Part shown: positions 38,170-50,437 of the stretch, piece by piece
How the letters are laid out: each line of letters begins with the position of its first letter
Numbering within the stretch: the stretch's first letter is position 1
Source: Zootoca vivipara
Taxonomy: Eukaryota
NCBI RefSeq assembly: GCF_963506605.1
Contig: NC_083277.1
Coordinates: 41,540,001 to 41,604,000 of the forward strand
Length of the DNA stretch: 64,000 bases
Direction of reading: 5' to 3'
Made by a program: the position numbers and the translations under genes
The notes under the pieces: generated by a model
Databases searched by the model: none
The model's input: the letters and a program-made list of their open reading frames with translations, nothing else
What the model was told of the DNA's origin: nothing

Positions 38170-38989
38170 CAGTGCCAGATTTATGCATAAGCTAAACAAG
38201 CTGTAGCTTAGGGCCCCACTCTCTTGGGGGCCCAAAAAAAATTAAATGAAAAAAACAACTGGATGTACATTTCCAAAATATAAGATAAAAAACAAATAAA
38301 ATAAAACCTACATACAGCAACAGTGTTTTGTGTTGTGTTAGGCGCCTATGATGTAAGTAATGGGCCCCGCCTGCTAGCCTGCTCCCTAAAATATCACTGA
38401 TTATTATTTCATGTTATAGCAAGTTTCTAGAGACTAGATTATGAGACTTTGTAAACTGTGTTTCTAAAGGAACTTTTGTTATTGCCAAATGCCAATGTGT
38501 TTGCATTATTAAGTTGGTTATGAATAAAAAATCATTTTAAGTTAGAGCTTAATACCAGGCATCCCCACACTTTGGCCCTCCAGATGTTTTGGACTACAAT
38601 TTCCATCTTCCCCGACCACTGGTCCTGTTAGCTAGGGATCATGGGAGTTGTAGGCCAAAACATCTGGAGGGCCGCAGTTTGGGGATGCCTGGCTTAATAC
38701 AGTACCAGTAATTACGGTACTTCACTATTAATATACTTCTTCTTAATTGTATTTTAGTATTAATATACTTCTTCTTAATTGTATTTCAGTTCAACAATTA
38801 CTTTGATAGAAGACATATTTTGTTATGTGCAAATGGCTTTAGATACCTATTAGGTCCATAAATTACCATATGGTAATATTCAACACAAAAAACAGCGACA
38901 ATTTGTTATTGAGAAAGGACAGCTGGACATATAAAGGGCCCCATTACCTTCAGTAGCTTAGGGCCTCATCAAACCTAAATCCGGCCCTG
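38170..38989. mobile_element. hAT non-autonomous element containing a nested MITE
   Basis: TIR cagtgccagattta / taaatccggccctg; TSD agtgcaac vs agtgcaat; subterminal tagcttagggcc repeats. Confidence 0.85.
38556..38691. mobile_element. Palindromic hAT MITE (family of 25143 and 44084)
   Basis: Same TIRs; flanked by the 9-bp duplication gcttaatac. Confidence 0.93.
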
Positions 38990-39170
38990 AGTGCAATGAA
39001 AGCAGAGCAGAAAGTAACACAGAACATTTGTGGTATGAAAAGCTACAGGATTTCAGCAGGAAGTTACAGGGCATGCGCTGATTGGCACTGAAACAGTATG
39101 TTCATCCTGAAGCATCTCAAGGCGTGAACCGTATTGAAAGCAGAATCACATGTAACCACCCCAATATCAT

Positions 39171-39518
39171 CATACCTGCCAAGTTCCTGTCGGAGAAATA
39201 AGGGACCGAACCAGGAAGTAGCAGACCGGAAGTAGTGCTGCCGCCATTTTGGAACTGGGCGGAGCATGCTCAGAAGTGACTTTTGATGCTGCTTTGCCCA
39301 GTTCCAAAATGGCCACCGCGCCAGAAGTCACACTGCAGCCATTTTGGAACTGGGCAGACCTGCATCAAAAGTCGCTTCTGAGCATGCTCCGCCCAGTTCC
39401 AAAATGACCGCCACGCCAGAATAAACTGGGGAAAAACAAAAAAAATCTGTTTTTTCAGCTGTGAACAGCTGGAAAAACGGGGGGTTTCCCGGGGAATATG
39501 GGAGACTTGGCAGCTATG
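39171..39518. mobile_element. hAT-type element with a large internal inverted repeat
   Basis: TIR catacctgccaagt / acttggcagctatg; perfect TSD aatatcat; arms about 39240-39313 and 39338-39412. Confidence 0.92.
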
Positions 39519-42503
39519 AATATCATCATGAGCACAAATTATTGTGAGTAACGTAATTCAAAATAGGGTGTCTGCAGGGGCCCATCATCTCCTGAGTTGC
39601 ACTAAGTGGGAGATGCAACCGTGTGTGGTGCTCAGTTGGTGCTGAGCCCATCAACACATCCCTGGAATTGCACCAGTGCCCTTCATGTTTCCCTGCCACC
39701 CTTTGAGGATCACTTTTGTTGTAAGGATGCTAGGAATCTCTTCCAAGCGAAGTCTCAGAAACCACTTTATCTTCATCTAAATACTTTAGAGCTGCTTTGT
39801 GGATCATTCCCCAGACATGCAGTTTATGAGATCACCTAATACACTTATTTTCTCTTGCTCATTAAAACGCCTTTGAAGTGAAGATGATGGAGGGAAGCTG
39901 CTTGGGACACCACCTCCCCTTCAACAGGACAAACATTCAAGAACATCTGTCCATGAGCCTGGTTGGCTAAGAAAGCCAAAATAATTTAGGCAATTGCACC
40001 CCCAAGTGGTAAATCATGGTGTCTGCACCAGCAAAAGACAGACTGTTCTCAAGAAGTGCTTTCCACTTCAACTGTGCAAGCCTGTTCTCAGTGAATCTTG
40101 TTTATTTACTAATGGAATCCCAGTTATTTCTGGATGCTTCTCTGAGACTGCAAACTTATTAAGGAAACGGATAGACATTTTGGGCTTTCTTGAAAGGATT
40201 TCACCTTGCATTTCTCATGACTAGGGCTATAAACATGAATTAAATGCATAAGAACTGTAATAAAGGAGGACTCCAGGCTTAAAAGTTGGCCGTCTGACCC
40301 ACTACAATAGACTCCTAGCATGCTGTTATGCTGGAGAGTACATGCTATGCACCATGTCAAGCACTAAGAGCCAGTGAAGCTAGCCTTCCCTCTGCCACAT
40401 AATAAAAGCTGTTTTATCTAACTGAATACCCACATGCTCCCATAGCCATAGCAATGCTTCTTTTTTCAGTGACCTTGAGGACCTGCTTAATGAGAATCTG
40501 AGTGGTTTAGCTATGAAACTTTGACACTGTTCTGGGCAGATCTGGCGATCTCTGGCATCTTGGTATCATTGTTGTCGTTGCCATCACCTCTTCATTCTTC
40601 ACTCTCCTGGATGCCCCTCTACTTTGTGTGGGATCATTTTTGCACTTCTCAAGTTAGGGAGGGAAGGGGCAAAGGAGACCCATCCCTCCTACCTTCTGAA
40701 ATGCCCCCTAGCTGTTATTTTAAGATGCCTATGGTGGGCATGACTTGGCTAAGTTTGGAGGAAAGGACAGGACAGGGCTTGCAAGCTTCACTAAGCTGCC
40801 CCCCTTCCCCTATAACATGACCACTGCTTATGGAGAGCTAGGAGGAATCTCAAAATGCTATTTTCAGAGCACACCGTGGCATTCTCCTCTGGCTTAATGT
40901 GTGAAAGGAATGTGTTATCAGACAGACTGAACTGGGAAAATAGGCTTTTGATGCCATAATAATATGCAAGGGTGCTATTTCTAGGACACTGAGGTTTCCT
41001 TGTCTTAATTGTTCCCACCATCCTCAACCTACATACCAAAAGAGCAGTGTATGAAGAGGAAGTTCCTTTTGTTGCCAGGCTTTCTCCCTTGGAAGCACCA
41101 AGGGGAGTTGAACGTTGGTTCTGTTCCACCTGCTTCTCTCTTCTTGCTCCTGAATATTGTCTCCACAATGGCCTTGCTATTAGGTCACACAGATCCAGGT
41201 CAGACGTGCAATAATGCAACGCCTGTACATGAGAGGCGTGTGCTGTCGGGCTCGTTGCTTGACTTTGCCAAAAATGCATTCTAGATGGATGGCGTCCTTT
41301 GGGTGATATTGTTCCCCCAGGGGACAATGGCAACAATGAAGCCTGGTTTAAGTCAATCCCAGAAGAATGCCCTGTTCTCCCGAACATGGAGTCAATTCAC
41401 CAAGATGATCCAATGCTAACAATAAATCCCCACACACACCCCAAAGCTTTGTTCTGTGCAAACATCAAAAGCCTTGTTGTTCCATTCCTTTGAACTCTGC
41501 AAATTTGAGCTCCATCAAACCAAAGGAGAAACAAATTCCAAAATGTAAAGTCTCTCTCCAGTGAGGATGACCTGCCCAGGAATACCGAAAGCTATGGGTG
41601 ATATCTGGAAGACTCCCTGTTTACTGCAGTTGGAAGAAGGGTCATGATTACAATTGACAAGGAGGATCCAGCTGAGGTCCTACAGATTGCATGTAAAATT
41701 CTTAGTAACGCAATGTATGGGTCCTTAACCATCTTTTGGGTGGGGAGCTAACATAGGTTACGACATCATATACACTACAGTATTACTGTTATAACCAGCC
41801 TCAAAGGTTTCCTTCCGAGGGTGGAACTATGTGTTGCCAAGTAATTGTGGGCTTCCCATATCCATGTTTACCTTATAACGCTACTTCTAAACCAGGTTGG
41901 AATTTGCAGGGGGAAATCAGTGGGCAAGAAAGGGTTGCTTAACCCTCTCCCTCCCTGATGATTCTCTCCTTTTCTCCTTCCTGATGGCTTTCCACTATTC
42001 AGAGACCAGGCATAAGTCCTCTAGGGTAGCGAGGTTATTGGAATGGCCTGGGAGTGCAGAGTTGCAGGGGAGAACTGGTGATTGATCCTATTGGCATGTT
42101 GAGATTTAAAACACACATTGGCTCAGTCCATCCAGAAATGAGCATGTTGAAACTTTGCCATCTAACACTGACTGCCTTATGGAAGAAAATCGGGAGAAAG
42201 AAGGAATCAGGTGAAGCTAACATTGGACCCATGGCCCAGATGGCTTTGTTTGGTGTAAGGATATGGTTTTTCATGTAGCCATACATGAAAAACCATTTTA
42301 TAAATGTTGTGAACTGAAAAGCAGGATATCAATCTATGTAGTAATAAACAAACACACAGGGGGGGGGGGAATGAACAACCCATAACTCCCGAAGTGTGTG
42401 CCCTGGGTCTGCTTTCCATGTTGAAGCCACTTTCTTCTTTCCAGAGGATCACAGTTATTACGCAGCCACACGTCATGAAACCTGAGCCTTACCTATATCA
42501 TTA

Positions 42504-42972
42504 GTTACAGGTAGGTAGCCATGTTGGTCTGATGTAGTCAAAACAAAATTTAAAAAATCCTGCCAGTAGCACCTTAGAGACCAACTAAGTTTGTCATAGG
42601 TATGAGCTTTCAGCAACTCATTACCAAGCTTAAAACCATAGAGAGACCTGGTCTGAATAAGGACATTGGATTCTTATCTCATTATACATGATAAAGCTTT
42701 CTTTAGCACTTCACCCCTTGCTTTTTCCTGCAAGACCAATTGCAGTCGTTAACAGTCATCAACAGGTTTACCACTCCTATCAGCCAATCACCCATTCCCA
42801 CCACCCTTCTGAGTAATACCCCACCCCCACCCTCTGACTATTCATAAGGGTCTGGTGACTTCTGTTTCAGTGTATCTGAAGAAGTGTGCATGCACACGAA
42901 AGCTCATACCTATGACAAACTTAGTTGGCCTCTAAGGTGCTACTGGGAGGATTTTTTAAATTTTGTTTTGAC
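42504..42972 (+). mobile_element. Penelope-like element remnant: inverted 3' end, ORF C-terminus and pseudo-LTR
   Basis: About 42615-42692 translates QLITKLKTIERPGLNKDIGFLSHYT-stop (PLE GIY-YIG C-terminal GLN.D.GFLSHY pattern); about 42530-42611 is the inverted copy of about 42898-42979; flanking duplication ctatatcattagt. Confidence 0.88.
42872..42909 (+). ncRNA. Minimal type I hammerhead ribozyme motif (PLE-associated)
   Basis: GUAU-CUGAAGA-A-GUGUGCAUGCACAC-GAAA-GC-UC-AUAC: stem I GUAU/AUAC, core CUGANGA and GAAA, stem II hairpin, vestigial palindromic stem III (AGCU), predicted cleavage after C42905. Confidence 0.8.
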
Positions 42973-44083
42973 TATATCATTAGTCATCTTTTGATTTGGG
43001 AACGGGCCTCTCTGACCATCTTTCCTGACTCTCGGGCATGGTCCAGGTCTTATCCAAAGGAGCCAGGCAAAAAGACCACTAAAAATGGGGTGGAAATAAA
43101 TAAACGCAATTTAACCTCCAGTAGAACTCTCGGCAGATGAGGGATGGGTAGAGACAAAGGTTCCCAGGGGCTGAACATGACAACAGGAAGATGAAGGCTC
43201 TCAGCTTGGCTCCCAGAGAGATTCTCTGATGAGCTGAGACAGAGATGATATCAAAGCAAGGGTCTCCCCTCCACAGCTTTGGAGATTAAGTGATTAATGG
43301 CTTTTATTGTCATTTGCAAGATCCTAGAAAGAAGAATACTTGCCTGGATTAGGCAGGTGGATTCTCCCCACCCCCCACCCTTTCATTGTGCTCTCCTGAC
43401 AGAGACAATAGTACCTCAAAGAGGAGAAGCTGCAGCAATGACAGACAGGATGTGTCCCAGAAGAGTAGGCCTCCTTCATCAACTTCATTGACCCCTCCCT
43501 CCCTTAAGTTTGCAGGCTCCAAGTTGCGCATGCCTCCACAAGGAAAAGAATGCACTGTATCCTTAGCTGCACATCTGGAGCGCGGCTACAGTCACTGCGG
43601 ACATCAAAGTGGTTAAGAGTTCACTTGCTATGATGGTAGGCTGCTATTACATTGAGAGCAGTTATGCAAACATGGCCTCTTCTTACTCAACCTGCAAAAT
43701 CTGCATCTCACTGAAGAAGAGGAAGAATACAGCCTTGCGGTAATGGCAGCAAAGTGGTCTCCATGAAATCTGAGTGCTTTAGTTCCTGCCTGCCAGTAGG
43801 ATCCTAATAGTGTAATCCTAGGCGTGTTTAATCCTAGCCATTTGTTTGAGGTTGCAGCCCAATCTGTCCAGGACTGGGCAAGCATGTAGGGGATCTACTT
43901 CATATTTTGCTAGAACCCTAAAATATGGCAACCAATGCCTGGTGTGAAAGAAATACGTTTAGAGTTAAGTAATTCTCAGCCCAGGAAATTGGTTTGGGTA
44001 CCAGAACTGAATGGAGCTCAAGGCCCTTCCTTACAAAACCCCACTACCATAAGCTTCCTTCATTTCAGCAATGTAATTTAGGG

Positions 44084-44219
44084 CAGGCATCCCCAAACTT
44101 CGGCCCTCCAGATGTTTTGGACTACAATTCCCATCATCCCTGACCACTGGTCCTCTTAGCTAGGGATCATGGGAGTTGTAGGCTAAAACATCTGGAGGGC
44201 CGCAGTTTGGGGATGCCTG
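44084..44219. mobile_element. Palindromic hAT MITE
   Basis: TIR caggcatccccaaact; perfect TSD atttaggg. Confidence 0.95.
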
Positions 44220-44789
44220 ATTTAGGGCATGGAGAACCTTCCATTGTTACTGCTATTGTAAAGCGGCCAAGAGATTTTTTAAAAAAAATATTTGCTGATC
44301 TACTGAAAATTATGCAGTCGGTCCTGATCTAACTTCTGCCCACCACTGACTTAGTCTATCCACATTGCAGATATTAGGTATAAAAAGGGGGTATTTCCAC
44401 CCACTTTATGGTTAATCAAACCATCCATTCCTTTGTGTTATGACTAGAGCATCCCCTCCAAAATGGTGGAATGGCTGTTTACTCCCTCTGCCATCCAGAG
44501 GCACTATTTACATACCATATCCATGTGATTCTGCCTCACGAGCACCCAATTTAAAGCCAAAAAGAGTTCTGATTGGTTCCAAATTCTGTCTCCTAGCTCA
44601 ATCTATCCACAAGTGAGGTTGCGATGGGCTAAAGCCCAAACAGTGCTATGTGGCTCCTGCACAACAGGATCAGGCTGACTCTAGTCTTGCCTGGTCACTC
44701 TACAAACAAAAACTAGACTCCTCATTGCCCACCGATGTATTTTAAATACAAGGGTTCTCTTAACAGTTAAGGCAGAACTAATCTGGGTT

Positions 44790-44945
44790 ATGTGAAGGCA
44801 GTAGCAGAACATCTGGTTTGCATCCAGAAGTTCCAAGGTTCCAACCCCGGAATCTGAATGACCCTGTTCTGAAGCCTCAAGGAACTGCTGCCAGTCAGTG
44901 TAGCCGATACTGAGTTAGATGGGCCAGACTGCTTCCTGTGTTAGG
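44790..44945 (+). mobile_element. Old tRNA-Ala-type SINE; other copies at about 6115-6200, 16200-16285, 32300-32400(-), 36215-36295(-), 48985-49145(-), 49900-50040, 54172-54352, 58835-58990
   Basis: Shared text gctcagtg..agagcatctgctttgcatgcagaag..ccaggttcaa and ctgccagtcagtgtagacaatactgagctagatggacca. Confidence 0.75.
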
Positions 44946-45000
44946 CCTATAAGTATCCACTGCACAAAGAGCATAGCTTGGCAAAGCCAGGCGTTGTCAC

Positions 45001-45146
45001 CAGTGTTTTTTTTCGGGGGAGGCAGGGGTATACATACCCCTAAACATTTTGTGAATCTAAGTTTGCCCTCATTGAGGAGAAGTGTTTCAATATGAGTAGG
45101 AAAATGAGAGTACCCCTAAACATTTTTCTTAGGGGGGAAAGCACTG
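45001..45146. mobile_element. hAT MITE
   Basis: Termini cagtgtttt / aaagcactg; TSD gttgtcac vs gttgtcat; internal repeat tacccctaaacatttt twice. Confidence 0.85.
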
Positions 45147-46285
45147 GTTGTCATTTGGCAAGCAGTCCTCCATGCTTCACTAGCTGTACCAAACACTATA
45201 CCTGGGAGCACAGGAAGTCTTCAGGATGAGGAACATGTGGTTAGATTCTGGAGATTATACACATATAAATATATATATAGTCCATTTTTATGCAGCACAT
45301 CCTCAAATCTGAGATGGGAGGGGGGAGAGATCACAAATGCTAGGTCCCTGAGCAGGAGATCCGATGCACCCACCTCCATTTTTTGTTAGAAGCCCTCAGG
45401 AGTCCCTGGGCTAGGAAAAGCAGGAAGACTCTTCCCATGGTGAAATCAGGTGGGTTTGGGTCGGTGCAGAAGGAGGAGGCTGGCTATCTGTGTTTTGTTT
45501 CCTTTGGTTGGAAATCCAGTTGGTAGTTAGTGCCTCTGAGAGTCTGTTATGTGCTGGTGCTCAGGGCCCAGCCCTCCCCCCACGACGAGGAGGTACAGTT
45601 TGTGAAATACACTGAGCTTGCGGTTGACCAGAGTCTGAGGCCGGAATTCATGCACTGCTCTGTATCCTGATGTGGTAAGAAAGCTCAGGCCCATATGCAG
45701 GAGGCTGGGGTGGGGGAATAACCAAGGCTGTGAGAGGCAGCAAAGAGGCTGAGAAAGGCCTCTGCCAAGGAACCCAAGGGGAGGCTTTCGCTCTGAGGGC
45801 CTCCTGAGCTCCGGAAGGAGGCGACCTGACCCTAACGGAACTGTGATAAAAATGAACGTGACACTGGAACCAGAGAGATTAATGTCCAAATTGTCAACAA
45901 AGGAGAGAGTGGTGGTGGGGTGTGTGGAGGGGATGTCACAAAATGAAGGAAACAAAGGAGTGGTGGAACTCAAACAGACACTTGGAGAAGGATGTGAACC
46001 GTCCAACGGAGACCACAGGTCTAACTCCACAGTATCCCTGGGCTCCGTCAGTTGCCTGAAGGAAGAGAGCGGAACAATCTGGAAGCTCCTCAGGGAGATT
46101 TGCTTCACCCACCCTCCTTGCCTGCTGAATACCTGCTTCTGCGCATTTTTGATCTCCTGGCTACCAGATCAATCTCACTCAAGTCTCTCCAAGGGTTTTC
46201 TCATCTGTAATCCCACCAAACGCTGGTGTTTCAGTGATACATCTCAGCAACTCCTGCCACACACACACACACACACACTGCTCTC

Positions 46286-46498
46286 CAGGGCCGTCTTAAG
46301 CGCCCCTGGCGCCGTGGAGCGACGGATCCCTCCGGCGCCCCCCCCCCCGCCCCGTTTCCCAGCGCGGTGGGCGGGCGCAGCTGTGCGTTGAACTGGCGGA
46401 CCAGCCGGCCAGCGGGCGGGCACAGCTCGCGGCGCCCTCCTGGCGGGCCGGCGCCGTGGTGCCCTGCGCCACCGGGGGTCTACCTAGAGCCGGCCCTG
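46286..46498. mobile_element. Very GC/CpG-rich hAT MITE
   Basis: TIR cagggccgtct / agccggccctg; perfect TSD ctgctctc. Confidence 0.92.
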
Positions 46499-47990
46499 CT
46501 GCTCTCGTTCTGAGCTTTGTGATAGCCTCTCTCGCCAATTTTCCGACTGTACCTCTTCCATGGTAGTGGCTGAGAAGTTTTCCACCCACATAAGACCATC
46601 CAGGCCTCAGCAGCCCCTCTTCTAATTAAGAAAAGATTGAGTAAGAACACTGCTCCCATGATGTCATGGTTTATTATTTACAAGTATTCATCACCGATTA
46701 CCCTAGTCCCATAAAGCAGTGATCACATAATACAATAAATATCAAATCAGATAAAATAGCAGCAGCACAGGCACGCACAAGCAAGCAAGCAAACAAAGGA
46801 AGGAAAACAATGTAGGCAAGAGAGGCCAAGGACAGTAAGGGCAAAGGAGACGGGGAAACACAAATCGGAGAAGCGGGAGGCCTCCAGGCAAACAAAGGGC
46901 ACTGCGCAGTGTTACAGCAGCATAAAAATAATGCATGTGTTCAAAGCCTGCAGGAAATTAGGCCAAAAGTGAGGTGCTTTTCAATCTTCCACAGAAATGG
47001 GTATGAAATAAGAATTGGAGAGCTGTCTCAACTCGTAAGCCAGGCCTAAAGTCATGGCAGCAGCTCAGCCTTCACTAACTTGCCACCCTCCAGATGTTTT
47101 GAGACTACAACTCCCATCAGCCAGGGGGTCTGGAGGGTGCTAGGTTGGCAAAATCTTCAGCAACTGCCTCATTCAAGTGTTCACACAACCAGTGGAAGCA
47201 TCAATTGCCAGTGGGCTTTCACACTGAACAACATTTGTGTCTAATGCATCGGTTACACATAGCCCTTTTTGTTGTTCCATGTTCCGAAGCTACATCCTAT
47301 ATCCACACTTGCTGAGTGATTCTGCAATAAGCAGCAGTCCTTGGATAACAGTTAGGTTTTATCCTCCTCCCTTATTATTTATTTATTTTTTAAAAAGTAG
47401 AACTCCTGCACTTACTTTTTTATCTGCATGTACTTTCCTGGAAGATTATTTTGTCTCTATACTCTCCCTCCTCCTGGTTCAGGGCACACAAGTACAGTTC
47501 TAGTATCAGCTTAGTCTGATGATCCAGTGGCGGATGAAGGAGAGACCAGATTTACAACTGGCTGCCATGCTAAGCCTGTGATCACATTTCCTTGGCCAGT
47601 TGTTATCTAGAAACGTCCTTTTTCAGAGCTGGAGATGGTGCGACATTTACGAACAGGGCATGAAGGCCAAAGTCCTCTCCTGCTCCGTATTTCCAACATC
47701 TGATATTCAGAGAAACATGGCTTCTGACCATGGAGGCCCCACTGAATTGTCCAATTCCCTTTTGAAGCCATTGGCCTTCACCACCATGGCAAGGAGTTCC
47801 GCAAGTTAATAATGTGGCGGGTGAACAGACACTTTCCATTCTCAGCCCTCTGCCAATCCATTTTAGTGAGCCACCCACGTTTGCTGCAGTAGTTTGAATT
47901 ACTTGCACATTCACACTTTTACTCCTGTGAACCAGACAACGTTTGCATGAAACAGACAACTCTGTGCAGCTCTGCTTTTCCCACCGACTG

Positions 47991-48129
47991 GTTACAGGTA
48001 GGTAGCCGTGTTGGTCTGGGTCGAAGTAAAATTAAAAAATTCCTTCAGTAGCACCTTAAAGACCAACTAAGTTATACCAAAATAATAACTTAGTTGGTCT
48101 TTAAGGTGCTACTGAAGGAATTTTTTTTA
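47991..48129. mobile_element. Minimal Penelope-like insertion (inverted pLTR hairpin)
   Basis: Starts gttacaggtaggtagccgtgttggtctg like 42504; arms ttccttcagtagcaccttaaagaccaactaagttat and its reverse complement; 15-bp flanking duplication ttttcccaccgactg. Confidence 0.85.
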
Positions 48130-48153
48130 TTTTCCCACCGACTGTCTTAGATG

Positions 48154-48165
48154 GCCATCTAGTGG
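48154..48165 (-). promoter_or_regulatory. CTCF-like motif
   Basis: Minus strand CCACTAGATGGC matches the CCASYAGRKGGC core. Confidence 0.45.
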
Positions 48166-48491
48166 CTGCCAGGCCTAACGGCAAAAGCTAGCCTTCTTAT
48201 GAGAGTGAAATCGCAGAAACAAGACGGTGAGGCAGAATTGACTTAATACAAAGCATCTGCCCATAAGGCATTTTCAGGGGTTTCCCTGAAGTGTGATGGG
48301 GCGGAAGGAGGAAGGAGGGTATTCATTAGGATCGATTCCATACATTTTTAAAAGGCAGATCAGATGATTCCTCTCCCCAGATTCAGCCCGTACATGTGGA
48401 GGTGGCCAAGAGAACACCTGTCTCCCATTCCCGCCTGATTTGCTTGTGCCACTTCCAATGTGTCTCATAAAGTCCATGCAAGGGATGTAGC

Positions 48492-48770
48492 ATTCAAACT
48501 ACAAGATTCAAACTTTGGATGGATTCAAATGGATTCAAACTACAAGAAAGAAGAGTCCACCTAAACAATAGGAAGAACTTCCTGACAGTAGGAGCTGTTC
48601 GACAGTGGAATTTGCTGCCAAGGAGTGTGGTGGAGTCTCCTTCTTTGGAGGTATTTAAGCAGAGGCTTGACAGCCATATGTCAGGAATGCTTTGATGGTG
48701 TTTCCTGTTTGGCAGGGGGTTGGACTGGATGGCCCTTGTGGTCTCTCCCAACTCTATGATTCTATGATTC
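48492..48770 (+). mobile_element. 5'-truncated CR1 with a stuttered 5' junction
   Basis: Near-identical to about 690-930; ctatgattctatgatt tail. Confidence 0.93.
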
Positions 48771-50171
48771 ATTTGAATGCAGCCTCCATGCATAAAATCC
48801 AACTGAAACAGGACCAAACTGCAAAGCCAATTACTGGATTTAATAGGAAGCTGACATACAAAGCATGGGCATAACCAGTATTTTTTGTGGGGGGGGGAGA
48901 ACCTCAGTTAGCTATGTATTTGTTATTGTTATTTTATTATTATTATTTCCTGCCCCCCTTGGCTACGCCCATGATACCAAAGGTGACCATTGATCTACCT
49001 TCCTCAGTATTGCCTACCCTGACTGGCACCAGCTCTCCAGGGCTTCACGGCAGAATTATTTCCCAGCCCTAGCTGGAGATGCCAGGGGTTGAACTTGGGG
49101 GCTTCTGTGTGCAAAGCAGATGCTCTACCATTGAGCTGCAGGCCTTGTGTTGACCTAGCAAGCAATTGCCCTGCACACAACCGTCTTTTACGCATATACG
49201 CTGTATTGTAATGCCGCAGCCCCACGTGGGCAGCAAGACACATTGGAAGTAGGGCAGACACACCAACCGGGTGGGAAATGGCAGGCACACACACTTTGGG
49301 GCGAGGTATTATCCTTAAAGAATAGAGAGTTTATTGTAACATGAGATTTCGTAGGCTGGAGCCTAGTTTGCCAGATGCAACAAACGAAGCATCAGCAACT
49401 GTTCTGATAATTATCCAGATGCGAGGATCTGTGTGATACCCAAGTTCAAACCACAATCCAAGGGAGAAGCTATATAGCAAACCCGTTCCCTGAGTCAAAA
49501 CAGAAACATCCACACATCAGAGGGAGGTATCAGCAGGCTTGCTGTGGGAGCATAGATGTGCAGAAGCGCGTGCACACACAAACTTTAGGAGAAAGAATAA
49601 CCCCATAGGCTGTGGGGGGCATAAGAGCATCAGAAAAGCCCTACTAGATCAGGCCAGAGGCATGTCTAATTCAACATCCTTTTCTCAGAGCGACAAACCA
49701 GCTGCCTATGAGAGACCTGAGAGCAACAAGCCTCTGTCCGCTTGCGAGTCCCAGAAAATGGGATTAAGAGGCATTGGGGGCAGGAGGACAACCCAAAAAC
49801 ACCCCCAATAAGGACAGTGGGCATGGAATGTTGACTGACATGGGGTAGGAAAGAAGGGAATGGAGTATCCATGAAAAAAGCATGGCTGGTCAAACAGAAA
49901 TTCAGTGGCAGAACATCTGTCTAGCATGTAGAAGGTCAGATTCAACCCCCTTCATTTCCAGGTAGGGCTAGGAATGTCCTCTGTCCAAAACCATCGCCAG
50001 TGTAGACAGTGCTGACCAATGGCAACTTCCTATGTTCCTGAAGTTCTCCATGCCACAACATTTTGTTGCAGCTCCCCTTGTGAAGTCATTACAAGGGATG
50101 GGTGGATCTGTCAGTGTCTCTTTCTCCAGTTCAGTTCTCCACGGCTCCATATCAGCTTGTGATTTTATATA

Positions 50172-50405
50172 CCAACCTAGCAGTTCGAAAGCACGTCAAA
50201 ATGCAAGTAGATAAATAGGAACCGCTCCAGCGGGAAGGTAAACGGTGTTTCCATGTGCTGTTCTGGTTCGCCAGAAGCGGCTTTGTCATGCTGGCCACAT
50301 GACCTGGAAGCTGTACGCCGGCTCCCTCGGCCAATAACGGGAGATGAGCGCGCAACCCCAGAGTCGGTCACGACTGGACCTAATGGTCAGGGGTCCCTTT
50401 ACCTT

Positions 50406-50431
<26 letters not shown>
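50172..50431 (+). mobile_element. 5'-truncated Sauria SINE with a (TA)n extension
   Basis: caacctagcagttcgaaagcacgtc...ggtccctttaccttt then (TA)n. Confidence 0.92.

Positions 50432-50437
<6 letters not shown>

Noticed and set aside
45527-46391. Overlapping 193-aa and 182-aa ORFs, or an LTR starting tgttatg
   Set aside because: No domain similarity; one ORF runs through (CA)n into a MITE; no second LTR, terminal CA with TSD, or primer-binding site found
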